From positions 39,596-103,595 of the IMG/VR virus record IMGVR_UViG_3300021256_004135: a DNA stretch of 64,000 nucleotides. One strand, written 5' to 3'. This stretch comes from a virus. Lineage: Duplodnaviria; Caudoviricetes. Numbering within the stretch: position 1 is the first letter of the stretch; each line of letters starts with the position of its first letter. Shown here piece after piece: positions 37,193 through 48,054 of this stretch. Position numbers and translations under genes: made by a program. The notes beneath the pieces were generated by a model, which saw only the letters and a list, made by a program, of their open reading frames with translations, was not told the DNA's origin and did not search any database.

Positions 37193-39699
37193 GCTTCTAT
37201 ATTGTTTGTAAAGAAATCGTGATATTTGCTATTACCGAGGTTAAGTATGAAAAGGTTCCGCTTCGCTCGTGTGATAGCGGTATAAATCAGAGCCGGAGAG
37301 TTCTCGTTCTCAATGACATTGTACACATCGTCCTCAATGGTTCCTTCGGGCTGGAGAATCAATATAACCGCAGGAGACTCCCATCCCTTAAAACTGTGTA
37401 TCGTGGCCATTTTTATACCGGCATAGTCTATCGTGAAATGAACTTTTTTCACTCTGCGGATGCTGTCGATGTCTGCTTTCGGCCACTTGCTGACAGCCTT
37501 TATTCTATCATACTCTTCCTTGGTCTCAAATGTCGTAATTGGCTGTTCTCCTCCATTCTTAATGTATGCTTCCTCAACACCACGAAGGACGCTGCATGTC
37601 TGGGAGAGTACCGTGACATCACGACGGTCAAGTTTGAACTCGTTGATTATCCAAAAGACGTTGGAACAGAGCGTTTCTGCTGTAACATCCCTCCCCACAT
37701 TCCAGTATTTAATGTAGAACTGCTCGAAAGGCATCATGCTCTGCTGTGCCAACGGCTCGGAGTAGTCGAAGAACGTCTCCTGGAAGAGAGTTGAAAGACG
37801 AGTAATTTCGGGATTTTCAATACGGAATGTCGTATTGGAGTTCTCGTTTATCTGCGTCCATCTGCCCATTACTGGAACCCGTGGAGTATGGTCGGTGTCT
37901 TGCTGACGGCTGTAAATATTCTGCCTGCCATCTCCGAAAACAACGAACTCGCCCCCCTCTTTAAGGAAGTAGTTCTTAATCACAAGATACCATGCGTACC
38001 TATAATCTTGTGCCTCATCAAAAAGGATGGTGTCATACCTCATAGTATATTTCTTATACCGTTCAAAGAAGTTTTCGTCATCCCAATCGTCAATGTGAGG
38101 CTTCAAATTGTGGTTGTTCGCCTGCGACTTGAAGAACTGGTGATAGTTGGTTATATCAAACTGACCCCAGTTGAAATCGGCGGCGACCTGACTCATTCTG
38201 TATTTGATGTAGTTCACCAGAGTGAGGTTGAATGTCAGCACAAGAACTCGGCCTCCAGTTCTGACCTGGGCATTCACTGCCCTCCACGCAAGGACTTGCG
38301 TCTTTCCCGATCCTGCAACACCCTTAATCTTCTGCTCCACACTCTTGCTCTGCGCCAGTTCACGCTGTCTCTTTGTAGGTGTAATATTCTCATTTCCTTC
38401 CTTGTAACTATGCCAACCCTTACTGGTTATAAGTTCCAGAACATTCCTACACAAATCGTCGGTAAAATATCTGTTATCCCAAGAAAGGTTTAATTTTTCA
38501 AGGAGGTTGTCAGCCAGTATATCGTCCCTATAAATTCGGGCAACATACTTGTATTTATCCTTGCTTACACCAATATTCTCTCCATCCTTCTCCGTCGGGA
38601 AGAAAATAGCCTGCTTGATGGCCGACCAATAAGACGTATTCAACAAGGCTTTTCCAAAGACATCCCGCAGATGCACATTGTACAAGTTGCGTTGGTAAAC
38701 CTCTGTTCTCTCAAATTGAGCCTCCGCATTATTCTTATCGTTGCAGATATTGAAGATTAGCATACCCTTTCCTGGTCTCACCACGACAATATCAGGAACG
38801 TCTGTTGATATGTGAGGCTGGATGAAGATGCTGTCGGAGTCGCTCAATTTGGCTCGGATGGCGTTATATGCGTTGATGATATTGTCATTGACAATTCCTC
38901 TTAACGATTCCGCCACATAACTATAATCATCAATAAATGTGGCCTCATTTGCCTTCTCGACGTAGTTCTCGTTGATGTTACTGGAGGACAACGAGAAGCA
39001 CATCGTTTCGCATCCGAAGGGATGGTGTGTTTCCGTGTAAGCATACGGGTATTGAGAAATCCTCGAAAAGACATTCTTTTCGGGGAAGAACCCAGCAAAG
39101 TCTGAAATGCGGCTTTCTCCTCTCATAGCCGGACCCACACACACAATCTGTTGTTGCCTCGTGAATGAAGCCACTTTCTTTGCCAGCCACCTCAAACTCA
39201 ATGTCCGAATGTCGAGGATGTTTGAAAAGAGATGGATGGCCATCGGTGCCGACGACGCAACCTCCGACAAGTCTTTGGACACCTCTGAACTTGGTATGCA
39301 CTTGTTGATGGCAATAACCTCCACTCTCTGGTCTACGGCACGCTTTACAAATGCCTCCGCACGCCGCAAGGCAGGCTCGGACGGCTCGATGAGCGTTATG
39401 CGTTTCAATCCGTATACCTTCCCATGCTCTTTGAGCATATCATACAACGTAAGCGATGCTATACCCTGACCGCAGCCCCAATCCACTATCTCATAGTTTG
39501 TTAGACCATCAAACGGGAAGTTCTGCAACGCCGCCCTGCACTTGATGAAGTGCATCTCTCCGTATGCCGCAATGTAGGCATTCAGCTGTTCTTCCGTCTG
39601 CAAGATGGCTCTGCCGTGATTTGTGGCATCCCACGGTCGAGCCTTCATGCTGTCAGGAAGTTGCGTGGTGCAGTACCTTATCAGTTCTTGAGTGTCCAT
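37189..39699 (-). CDS. SAM-methyltransferase-like / degenerate NERD / SF1 (UvrD-like) helicase fusion
   Basis: VDWGCGQG; PDIVVV; GVAGSGKT, FDEAQD, FGDGRQNIY, TIHSFKGWE, YTAITRAK. Confidence 0.85.
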   Translation of the reverse strand: MDTQELIRYCTTQLPDSMKARPWDATNHGRAILQTEEQLNAYIAAYGEMHFIKCRAALQNFPFDGLTNYEIVDWGCGQGIASLTLYDMLKEHGKVYGLKRITLIEPSEPALRRAEAFVKRAVDQRVEVIAINKCIPSSEVSKDLSEVASSAPMAIHLFSNILDIRTLSLRWLAKKVASFTRQQQIVCVGPAMRGESRISDFAGFFPEKNVFSRISQYPYAYTETHHPFGCETMCFSLSSSNINENYVEKANEATFIDDYSYVAESLRGIVNDNIINAYNAIRAKLSDSDSIFIQPHISTDVPDIVVVRPGKGMLIFNICNDKNNAEAQFERTEVYQRNLYNVHLRDVFGKALLNTSYWSAIKQAIFFPTEKDGENIGVSKDKYKYVARIYRDDILADNLLEKLNLSWDNRYFTDDLCRNVLELITSKGWHSYKEGNENITPTKRQRELAQSKSVEQKIKGVAGSGKTQVLAWRAVNAQVRTGGRVLVLTFNLTLVNYIKYRMSQVAADFNWGQFDITNYHQFFKSQANNHNLKPHIDDWDDENFFERYKKYTMRYDTILFDEAQDYRYAWYLVIKNYFLKEGGEFVVFGDGRQNIYSRQQDTDHTPRVPVMGRWTQINENSNTTFRIENPEITRLSTLFQETFFDYSEPLAQQSMMPFEQFYIKYWNVGRDVTAETLCSNVFWIINEFKLDRRDVTVLSQTCSVLRGVEEAYIKNGGEQPITTFETKEEYDRIKAVSKWPKADIDSIRRVKKVHFTIDYAGIKMATIHSFKGWESPAVILILQPEGTIEDDVYNVIENENSPALIYTAITRAKRNLFILNLGNSKYHDFFTNNIEA

Positions 39700-39732
39700 G
39701 TCAATCTGTTTTGATTATTGTTCAGGATCTCA

Positions 39733-40803
39733 TTATTGCTCTCCAGTTATCGTTTCGCCCAACTCATTCGTCTTGTGTCTTTCCCAGTTCTTCAATGCCG
39801 CACTCTTACTCGCATTCGCATAGCAATACTCACACAGATGCGGACAGGTGTTGTACTCTCCAATGTCCTTGCTCACCGTGCATCCACAGAACTGGCGTTG
39901 ACCTTTGTCCGTATTGTCTCCTCTTGTCGCATACTTACCGTTGGGGAGTATTATTGCATCCGCTGGTATCTGTTTTATCTCACCGAACAAATCGGAAGAA
40001 GGCATATCATGGATTGTCACTTTCAAGAAGTCCATAAGCCTCTTGTCCTTATATGCCAGCCGGATAATCAGCGCATCATCCACACAGCGGTTATGTTTCA
40101 CACCGAACTGTTCCAAGTCAACCTTCTCGCCGCACGTCGCCAAAGTATAGTTCCACCGTTTATTGAGTTCCGAGAGGCGTTTCGTGAAGTCCAACATCTG
40201 CTCCTCTGTCCAGTCCTTGTATTGTATGGCATTCTTCTCAAGATTGGATTTCACTTTTCTGTAAGACATGATGTCAGCGAAACTGAACACCATCTTTTCC
40301 GTATAGCCTTTCAACAGCTCTCCGATATTCTCAATCTTGGCCAGCAGGTCGTCTTCTCTGATGTTTTCTGCAAGAAATAACGGGTCAAAACGCCAGATGA
40401 CGTGACCCTTCCCCAAAGCATCGACAAGACGTTTGAAGGTATCAATGCGCTCTTCCACTCTGGGTACTCCTTTTTCCAAGCCCTCTGCCACATAATCGTT
40501 TAGAGTGTATTGAATATAGCATCCTATTCCCCTCTCTTTTAGGTAATCAAGATGCGTCAGAAGTGGTCGAGGATTTTTCGACCAGAAGACAATAAACCTG
40601 GTATTCTTGTATGACACATAACTCCGCACACCGTTGAACGGATTAGTCCATGCGGAATAACCTTTCTCCAGTCTTGCAAAGAACCAATCTGCATAGAATG
40701 CAGGAATATCGGTGCTTCTGCTTGCCGAGATAATCTCTGGCACCTGCATCGGCACTATTTCTCCGTTTTCTCTCGCGAGTTCTTCTTTCTTCCAAGTTGC
40801 CAT
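39733..40803 (-). CDS. DUF1848 family protein
   Basis: IISASRSTDIPAFY, WRFDP, CGC..SKDIG.YNTCPHLCEYCYA. Confidence 0.9.
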   Translation of the reverse strand: MATWKKEELARENGEIVPMQVPEIISASRSTDIPAFYADWFFARLEKGYSAWTNPFNGVRSYVSYKNTRFIVFWSKNPRPLLTHLDYLKERGIGCYIQYTLNDYVAEGLEKGVPRVEERIDTFKRLVDALGKGHVIWRFDPLFLAENIREDDLLAKIENIGELLKGYTEKMVFSFADIMSYRKVKSNLEKNAIQYKDWTEEQMLDFTKRLSELNKRWNYTLATCGEKVDLEQFGVKHNRCVDDALIIRLAYKDKRLMDFLKVTIHDMPSSDLFGEIKQIPADAIILPNGKYATRGDNTDKGQRQFCGCTVSKDIGEYNTCPHLCEYCYANASKSAALKNWERHKTNELGETITGEQ

Positions 40804-40829
40804 AATCCTATAATCGTATTATCACAAAT

Positions 40830-41630
40830 TTATAAACCAAGTCTTTTACTCTTTCCTTTTCCTAAACAATAAAAGCATTGTTGTTTATTTCCATACATAT
40901 CGTATTCATACCCCGTGCCCTTACAATGACTGCAAGATTCATATACTTCATAACCTTTTCCAAAACAAACAGGGCATTGTTTCCATTGTTCATGTCCGTG
41001 AGCATCAGTTCTGGAACAATAGGCGCATTTGAAGTTTCCCCCATACGCCTCAAATCTATAATATGTCTTTTCTTGACCCGACCCTCCGCATCGAGAACAT
41101 GTTACCCGTGTTGCAGTTGATGAGGCAGAGTTGGTTATACTTTGTTGTGGCTGATCATAAATGGAAGGATTCTTCAAATTGCTTTGTGTTGTAGACAAAG
41201 AAGGTGACGAACTTATCGGTGATGAACTTATCGTAGTATTATGGATATTTTGAGTTGAACTTACTGTATTGCTATAGGATGAACTGGGAACTGTTTGTGG
41301 AGTGCTTTGAGAGGTATGTGTTCTGTATCCTGAATTGGAAGTAATAGACAAACTATTACCTTTCTTGTATTCTGTTGGCAATTGATTTGTATTTCTGTAA
41401 TCGTTAGTGCTACTATTGAAGTTGGGAGATGTGGTATTTTCATACTGCACATTGTACCCATTGGAAGTACCTATTCCTCCAGAGCCACCTCCTACTTTGT
41501 GGGAGCCGAGTTTTGGTAACTTGATGTCACCATTGACGCACCCTCTTATCCCAGATACAATTATTGCAAGTGCAATAAAGCCATAAAACAAACAACCAAT
41601 GAAGTTAAAGTCATTATCCTTATATGACAT
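40830..41630 (-). CDS. Membrane-anchored Ser/Thr-rich protein with DnaJ-type CxxCxGxG zinc fingers
   Basis: N-terminal TM, S/T linker, four CxxCxGxG motifs. Confidence 0.7.
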   Translation of the reverse strand: MSYKDNDFNFIGCLFYGFIALAIIVSGIRGCVNGDIKLPKLGSHKVGGGSGGIGTSNGYNVQYENTTSPNFNSSTNDYRNTNQLPTEYKKGNSLSITSNSGYRTHTSQSTPQTVPSSSYSNTVSSTQNIHNTTISSSPISSSPSLSTTQSNLKNPSIYDQPQQSITNSASSTATRVTCSRCGGSGQEKTYYRFEAYGGNFKCAYCSRTDAHGHEQWKQCPVCFGKGYEVYESCSHCKGTGYEYDMYGNKQQCFYCLGKGKSKRLGL

Positions 41631-41728
41631 ATAGTTCTCCTCCTTTCTCCAAAATATCGGCATAGAGGCCGTCCAAGATAAGCCTCGACTCGTACCTGTG
41701 GCGTATGTATCGAATGGTCTGCATTGAA

Positions 41729-42214
41729 TTAAAAATCAGACAAGTCTACGAATTTGCTGTATTTCTTATACTCAATATTCCTTGTTTTCTCTTCGATTAT
41801 CTCTTTCAACGGTTTGGTTGTATCTATATCGCCATCGTACCACACCATAGTCAAAAGATGCTCAATGTCGGAATGAAAGTGTGCCACATATTTGCCTCTT
41901 CCCAGCACGATGAAAGGCCAGTTGTCGGAATCTTTTGGCAAGAACAGATTGTTCGGTCTCAATACTTCGTTGACATACTCTTTAACTTGCCATGCTTCAT
42001 CAAAACGCTCTATCTCATTGAGTTTCTCTGCACTTATCACCTCGCCTTTATGCACAAAAATCACCCCTTCTTCCTTCTCCAGCATTTCGTGAAGGTCTTT
42101 AAGCAAGTGCCATGAGGCGTACATAGGATGCCCTTCTAAAAAGCCGGAGTAGGTATCCATATAGTGAAAAGTCTCCAGCGTTGCCTCGGTATCTTTGAAC
42201 TGAATGGTATTCAT
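41729..42214 (-). CDS. Hypothetical protein
   Basis: 161-aa ORF 11 nt downstream of gmrSD. Confidence 0.65.
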   Translation of the reverse strand: MNTIQFKDTEATLETFHYMDTYSGFLEGHPMYASWHLLKDLHEMLEKEEGVIFVHKGEVISAEKLNEIERFDEAWQVKEYVNEVLRPNNLFLPKDSDNWPFIVLGRGKYVAHFHSDIEHLLTMVWYDGDIDTTKPLKEIIEEKTRNIEYKKYSKFVDLSDF

Positions 42215-42225
42215 GGCTTTGTTAT

Positions 42226-44391
42226 TTATTCATCTTCGTCGGCATCTCCATTAACTCCTTGTGGAACAAGTTCAATCTCCAAGAATGAAGGTGAGATATT
42301 TAACTCCTTGAAGATGTAAAGAAGAGTAGAGCGCTTGGATTTTGTATTGCTGGACGACCATACATGACAATTTTCTGCAATGGCACTTGTAAAACTCTCT
42401 TCCTTACTGTACAGATAACTGTTCTTGGTGGCAAGATAAAGCATTTCCGTTGGTTTCTCACCGTACAGGGTCTTGCAAACCTCCACAAGCATATCCTTCC
42501 ACGTTGTCACTTGATGGCGTTCTCCTTTATAAATATATGCGGAAATCATTCTGCCGGTGAACTCCACATCGTCATCATCCAAAGATACCACGTCAACCTC
42601 TTTCTCCAAAGGTTTATAGTCAGTGGTAATCATCGGCCAAAGTTGTTTGAAACTCTTCAACAACAATTGCCCACGTTCCTGGAGTTCTATTTCCGTCCAC
42701 TGCTTATGAGTCTTCATATAGTTGCTCAATCTAAAAGCGGAGTCCTTGTAACCCGTCACTACAACTTCCTTTTCTTCCTTTGAACCCTTCACTTTCTTCT
42801 TGAACGTATATCCATTCCACTTCTCGATATACGGGCGATTGCTGTATTCGGAGTTATAACCCGTGAGCGTCAAGTTGGCAAAGGTATGTAGATACTTCTC
42901 TTTAATTTCTTCCGCTTGGGGGCCAAGGTCTTTCTTCCATTGGGCATTAAGGTTTTGAGGCATTACATGCTCGATAGAGATTTGGCCATCCTCCATCTTT
43001 TGGATAATCTGGTCATCTCTTTCCTTGCTGTTTTGATTCTCCATACGTTCAAGGAGAAATGCCCTGTAACTTGGCGGCATCTTGTACACTTGCCTCTGGG
43101 GGAAGCTCTCGTCGACATAAACATCAGAAGGGAACTCGCCAGTACCTTGCTTCTTCAACAGAATGTATTTCATCACCTCCACATAGGATACCGGCACTTC
43201 CATATTCCTCTTTTGGTGATTTCTGTAGATACGCATAATATCACTATGCAGCAGTGCAAATGTCTTTTGCATCACATTCGCAGGCCATCCGCAGATGATA
43301 CGACGCGCCCAGTAGTTCTCCACCACATCAAACACATCGTATAAAACATCTTCGCTCAATGCGTTCTCATTTGCATAGTCGAGGAACTGCATATAGAAAG
43401 GCATACACACGTTTGACCCAATACTTGCCAATTGGCGCAATTTGCCATCAATGCGAGCCATTCCAGTCTCACCCTTACCAGCTTGCCTATAATAGCGAGA
43501 GTATTTCAACATGTCTTCAAGGAGTTCCTCACGAGGCATCATTTCATCTTCATCAAACCTCTTAAAGTCAAAATACAATTCCTCCTGACTGCTGATAACA
43601 TTGTTTTTGATTGTAAGATAGTCTCGGATAAACATTGTGGGTTCGTTATCCGTATTCTTCTCAATCTTACTCCAGTATTTGTAGTAGTAATCCTCCTGCT
43701 TCTCCTTTGACTCCGACATCAGCAAGTAGTTGCGAACTTTGTCGGCCTCTTCAAGGTCTTTTCCGCATGAGTTAAGGCTCTCGAAGATGAGTTGTGGATT
43801 ATCTCTGGAATCAAGGCAAATATCGATTATAATAAGTCTCTCGATAGCCTCAATCAAATCTTCAAAAGAGAGTTTGTTCCCACTTGATGTTATGATATTG
43901 TAGAAGAAAAGATAGTTGCTTGTTACGCCAGACTGGTCTGCTGGAACGAACTGTTCCTCGTCATTGGTAAACAGAGCATCATAAGCCACCCTATCATCAT
44001 CAATGGGTTTGAGTTTTATCTTTCTCTCAACATGTTTCCGATATTGCGACATCAGAAACTTGTCCCTGGTATCTTCCACATACTTTTCGTTGTCGCATTT
44101 CATCTCGCCATTGTGGACTGCATTGATGGCTGCAAGGATGAGGAGAGAAATGGTTGTGATACGCTGCTGGCCATCGATGATGAGCAAGTCGTTCTCCGTC
44201 TCGCTGGCCTTCATATAGACAATGCTTCCGAAGAAGTGACTTGGAATATTCTGTGTGTGTATCTTTTCCAAATCTGCATAAAGACGCTGACAATGCTTCT
44301 TTTTCCATGAGTATTTTCGCTGATACAGCGGGATAAGGAGCAATGCCTTGTCGTCCTTGAAATATATATCTAATCGGGTTGCATCTTTCAT
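42226..44391 (-). CDS. GmrSD-type restriction endonuclease (DUF262 + DUF1524 HNH) with extra C-terminal domain
   Basis: IPLYQRKYSW, IIDGQQR, FESLN; SIEHVMPQ, NLTLT. Confidence 0.9.
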   Translation of the reverse strand: MKDATRLDIYFKDDKALLLIPLYQRKYSWKKKHCQRLYADLEKIHTQNIPSHFFGSIVYMKASETENDLLIIDGQQRITTISLLILAAINAVHNGEMKCDNEKYVEDTRDKFLMSQYRKHVERKIKLKPIDDDRVAYDALFTNDEEQFVPADQSGVTSNYLFFYNIITSSGNKLSFEDLIEAIERLIIIDICLDSRDNPQLIFESLNSCGKDLEEADKVRNYLLMSESKEKQEDYYYKYWSKIEKNTDNEPTMFIRDYLTIKNNVISSQEELYFDFKRFDEDEMMPREELLEDMLKYSRYYRQAGKGETGMARIDGKLRQLASIGSNVCMPFYMQFLDYANENALSEDVLYDVFDVVENYWARRIICGWPANVMQKTFALLHSDIMRIYRNHQKRNMEVPVSYVEVMKYILLKKQGTGEFPSDVYVDESFPQRQVYKMPPSYRAFLLERMENQNSKERDDQIIQKMEDGQISIEHVMPQNLNAQWKKDLGPQAEEIKEKYLHTFANLTLTGYNSEYSNRPYIEKWNGYTFKKKVKGSKEEKEVVVTGYKDSAFRLSNYMKTHKQWTEIELQERGQLLLKSFKQLWPMITTDYKPLEKEVDVVSLDDDDVEFTGRMISAYIYKGERHQVTTWKDMLVEVCKTLYGEKPTEMLYLATKNSYLYSKEESFTSAIAENCHVWSSSNTKSKRSTLLYIFKELNISPSFLEIELVPQGVNGDADEDE

Positions 44392-44425
44392 GGTGTGTCA
44401 AATTAAATGATTAGCGTATCAATAT

Positions 44426-47400
44426 CTATCTTTGTTTGCGATGCAGTTCAACAATCTCTCCAAGCTGGTATGCAATTATCCAGTTGCAGAGGTCGCCATT
44501 GGCATCGAGCTTCAGCGTGTCACCATCCAATGTCAAGCGAACGGGCTTCCCATCCTCAAGTGTATCCGGCATAAATCTATATCCCGTCACTTCCACCAAA
44601 GCGGAGTCACGCTCTTTGGCATATCCGACTGCAAGGTTCAGATATTTATACTCCTTGGGAATGTACGGATATACACCATTGTTCCAGATGAGAGGGTCGC
44701 CTGCGTTGGGGTCATCAGCCGAGAGTTTGGCCTCATCGAAAAATGGATTTCCGTCTGCATCGCATTGCAGATACTTCTTATATGTTGTGTCTGTAATGTT
44801 TCTGTACTCCTCTGTTTTGGTTCCTTCGACTATCTGGTCGAAATAGACCTGCTTGATGGGCAAGTACAGTGTATTTTCCTTGGTGGGTTCGACTCGGTCA
44901 ACAGAAATACGCTCTGGTTTCTTTGCAGTCATAGGTTGATTTGATGCAGTTTCTGCCGAAGAGTACGGTATTACCTTGGACTTCTTTGCTGGAGAAACCT
45001 GATTACGCAAACTGTGATACAAGGCTTTGCCCATTTCTTCCATCAGACGGTCATAGAGTTGCTTGTCTTGGAACAGTCTCTTAAAGGAATCCATCTGTTC
45101 CATATAGCATTGCTGCGCCACATCCTCAAACTCTTTCGGGAAGATGTCGTTGGTAAACATATTCACATCGGAATTTTTGACGAGCTTGGTAAGGGTCTTT
45201 TTCTTTGTCTGCATTCTGTCGTAGATACTCTCTACAATCACCCTGTCTGCCTCCGAGAACTCTCCCTGGTACATTAGATTAACCTTCTCGATGATGTTGC
45301 TCAACAAATCTTTGGGTTCTTCTTTCTTCTTCCCTTCCTTCCCCTTCTCTCCCTTAAACGTCTTTTCCTTGTCGTTAGGATTGAGGTCAATAGATACAGA
45401 AGGCTGAACATCGAAACGGTGATGCTCCAGCATCAACTTGCCCGACAAATCAATCTTCTCTCGTGGATTTTTAGGAAGTGCCTTGAAAAGATAGTCGCAG
45501 AAAATATACGTTTTGTAAAGGTCTTTGTCAAATGTGCGCGAAATCTGTGCCATGTATGCGTAAAAACGGACAAAGGAGCGCACCAAGAAACGCACCTTGA
45601 ATTGGTCATCCTCTATCAGTCCGGCGTATGCCTCCATAGCAGGTTTCAGACAACTTGCCAACTTGCCAAGAGTTTTGTTGTCTTGTTTCGACTTGTATAT
45701 CTCATACAACTTATCCTCATCTTCCTGGCTCCATAAATGGAACTTTCTCAATTCGTTCTCATACTTGTACACCACATTGATGTCTACGGGTTCTGCAAGG
45801 AGCGTATCTTCATAGAACGGCTTGAAGGAGGCCTGTATGCTGTCTGTAGTGTTGCAGAAATCCAGCACATAGGTATCGTTCTTCCCTTTGCAGCAACGGT
45901 TTAGACGAGAAAGCGTCTGAACTGCCTTAACTCCGTTCAGGTGTTTCAACACGAACATCGTATGGAGCAGAGGTTCATCAAATCCAGTCTGATATTTCTC
46001 GGCCACCACAAGGATATTGAATAAATCGCTGGCGAAGTATAACGGCAGTTGAGACTCGCTAATTCTCTTCCCGTCATACATATTCATCTTGGATTCCTGA
46101 TATGTTTTCCCACCGAACTCAACCTCCCCAGAGAATGCCACCAACGGATTTACATCTGTATAGTGTTTCTTCTTGCAGTAATCCAGTATGGCGAAATAGT
46201 ACCTCACCGCATGGGCGCGGCTCGGAGAAACCACCATAGCCTTTGCCTTGCCTCCGATTTTTTTCAACGTAATCTCGCGAAACTTCTCAACAATCAATTC
46301 CGCTGTGTTTTCTATCACATACTGATGGTTGTCGTGATAAGCACGGATTGCACGAGCCGCAGGCGGTTCTTCCAGCTCAGGATCTTCTTTGATGTTTTTG
46401 AGAATTTCATAAGAGGTATCCACGGGTGTAAAGAACTCTAACACATTCAAGATAAAGCCCTCATCAATAGCCTGTCGCATCGAATAATGGTGATAGGCAC
46501 TGTACATGGGCTTTCCTTCCTTGTCCACGCCGCATTGTATTCCGAATGTCTGTAGGGTTTTGGGCTTTGGCGTAGCGGTAAAAGCATAGAAATATTGGTT
46601 TTTGTGCCTACCTTGTGTCAGCAGAGTCTCCAGCATCACATCCATCTCATCTTTCAGCTCGGCTTCACTCCTCTCCTCAATCTCCGCCATCTCCTTCAAT
46701 GCCTCGTCGGTGTCGGCAAGGGCGGCTTTCAGTTTTTCGGCACTCTTTCCGCTTTGAGAACTGTGCGCCTCATCAACAATGATAGCAAAGCGCTTCCCTG
46801 CATGGTTGTCAAGTTCCTTGTAGACGAGCGGAAAACGATGCAGGGTGGTGATGATGATTTTTTTCTTGTTGTTGATAGCCTCCAACAACTTATCCGATGT
46901 ATCCTTGTTTTCTATAGTGACAACCTGTCCTGTTGTATGTTCAAACCCCAAGATGGTGTCCTGCAATTGTTTGTTGAGGATGCGTCGGTCTGTCACCACA
47001 AAAACACTCTGGAACATCTCGTTGTCATCTTCATCGTGCAGATTTGCCAGACGATAGGTCAACCATGCGATAGAGTTACTCTTACCGCTACCGGCAGAGT
47101 GCTGTATCAAGAAATTCGTTCCCTCTTTCGACTTGCGGGTGTCCTCGACCAATCTCTCCACCACATTGAGCTGATGGTATCGCGGAAAAATGATTTTGAC
47201 GCTTGTCGAACTCACCTGCTTGCCGTTTTTGATGGAGATTGTTGTTTTCTCCTCACGGCTGATGTAGCGTTGCAGGATAGCCAGCAGCATATCGCGGCGC
47301 AACACCTTCTCCCACAGATACGATGTGGGATAACCGTCTGGATTGGCGGGATTTCCTCCATCTCCGACTTCTCCAGCCCCATTACTACCTTGGTTGAATG

Positions 47401-48031
47401 GGAGGAAATATGTGCTATCGCCTTTCAATTCGGTGGACATATACACGTTGTCGAGGTCGGCGGCAAAATAGCAGAGGATGCGGTTGTTGAACCAGAAGAT
47501 GAACTCCTTGGGGTCACGGTCTTCGCGCCATTGCTTAATGCCATTTTCCACAGTCTGACCCTTGAACTGATTCTTCAATTCCAACGCCACAACGGGGATG
47601 CCGTTGAGAGACAACACCATATCAATTGTATTGTGGTTGTTATCGGTATATGAGAACTGGCGGGTGCAGGTCAGAATATTCTGATTGTATTTCTCCACCA
47701 GGTCTTCATTCAGCGATGATGCCGGAGCAAAATATGCGAACTTCAACTCAATTCCGTTATCCTTCACTTTATTACGCAGCACATGGATGAGTCCCATCTG
47801 TGCAACATTCTGTTGGAAGATATTATACAGTTGATTCTCGGCATTTGCGCCATGTACATTCTTGAAACGCTGCCACTTCTTGGGCTGCGTCTTCTCCAAG
47901 AAAGAGATAAGCACGGGCATATGAATTGCCCGTTTTTTGTCATAGGTATCAAGATTTCCTTTGACATAGCCGCCTTCGTTAAGAAGGTAACTCTCAATGT
48001 CACTCTCAAATCTTTTTTCAGAATCTTCCAT
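44426..48031 (-). CDS. hsdR: Type I restriction endonuclease subunit R with C-terminal ASCH-like domain
   Basis: DMVLSLNGIPVVALELK nuclease, QHSAGSGKS, DEAH, FTATP, QTGFDEP, QTLSRLNR. Confidence 0.95.
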   Translation of the reverse strand: MEDSEKRFESDIESYLLNEGGYVKGNLDTYDKKRAIHMPVLISFLEKTQPKKWQRFKNVHGANAENQLYNIFQQNVAQMGLIHVLRNKVKDNGIELKFAYFAPASSLNEDLVEKYNQNILTCTRQFSYTDNNHNTIDMVLSLNGIPVVALELKNQFKGQTVENGIKQWREDRDPKEFIFWFNNRILCYFAADLDNVYMSTELKGDSTYFLPFNQGSNGAGEVGDGGNPANPDGYPTSYLWEKVLRRDMLLAILQRYISREEKTTISIKNGKQVSSTSVKIIFPRYHQLNVVERLVEDTRKSKEGTNFLIQHSAGSGKSNSIAWLTYRLANLHDEDDNEMFQSVFVVTDRRILNKQLQDTILGFEHTTGQVVTIENKDTSDKLLEAINNKKKIIITTLHRFPLVYKELDNHAGKRFAIIVDEAHSSQSGKSAEKLKAALADTDEALKEMAEIEERSEAELKDEMDVMLETLLTQGRHKNQYFYAFTATPKPKTLQTFGIQCGVDKEGKPMYSAYHHYSMRQAIDEGFILNVLEFFTPVDTSYEILKNIKEDPELEEPPAARAIRAYHDNHQYVIENTAELIVEKFREITLKKIGGKAKAMVVSPSRAHAVRYYFAILDYCKKKHYTDVNPLVAFSGEVEFGGKTYQESKMNMYDGKRISESQLPLYFASDLFNILVVAEKYQTGFDEPLLHTMFVLKHLNGVKAVQTLSRLNRCCKGKNDTYVLDFCNTTDSIQASFKPFYEDTLLAEPVDINVVYKYENELRKFHLWSQEDEDKLYEIYKSKQDNKTLGKLASCLKPAMEAYAGLIEDDQFKVRFLVRSFVRFYAYMAQISRTFDKDLYKTYIFCDYLFKALPKNPREKIDLSGKLMLEHHRFDVQPSVSIDLNPNDKEKTFKGEKGKEGKKKEEPKDLLSNIIEKVNLMYQGEFSEADRVIVESIYDRMQTKKKTLTKLVKNSDVNMFTNDIFPKEFEDVAQQCYMEQMDSFKRLFQDKQLYDRLMEEMGKALYHSLRNQVSPAKKSKVIPYSSAETASNQPMTAKKPERISVDRVEPTKENTLYLPIKQVYFDQIVEGTKTEEYRNITDTTYKKYLQCDADGNPFFDEAKLSADDPNAGDPLIWNNGVYPYIPKEYKYLNLAVGYAKERDSALVEVTGYRFMPDTLEDGKPVRLTLDGDTLKLDANGDLCNWIIAYQLGEIVELHRKQR

Positions 48032-48054
48032 ATTATGAATTGATTTCTATTCTT

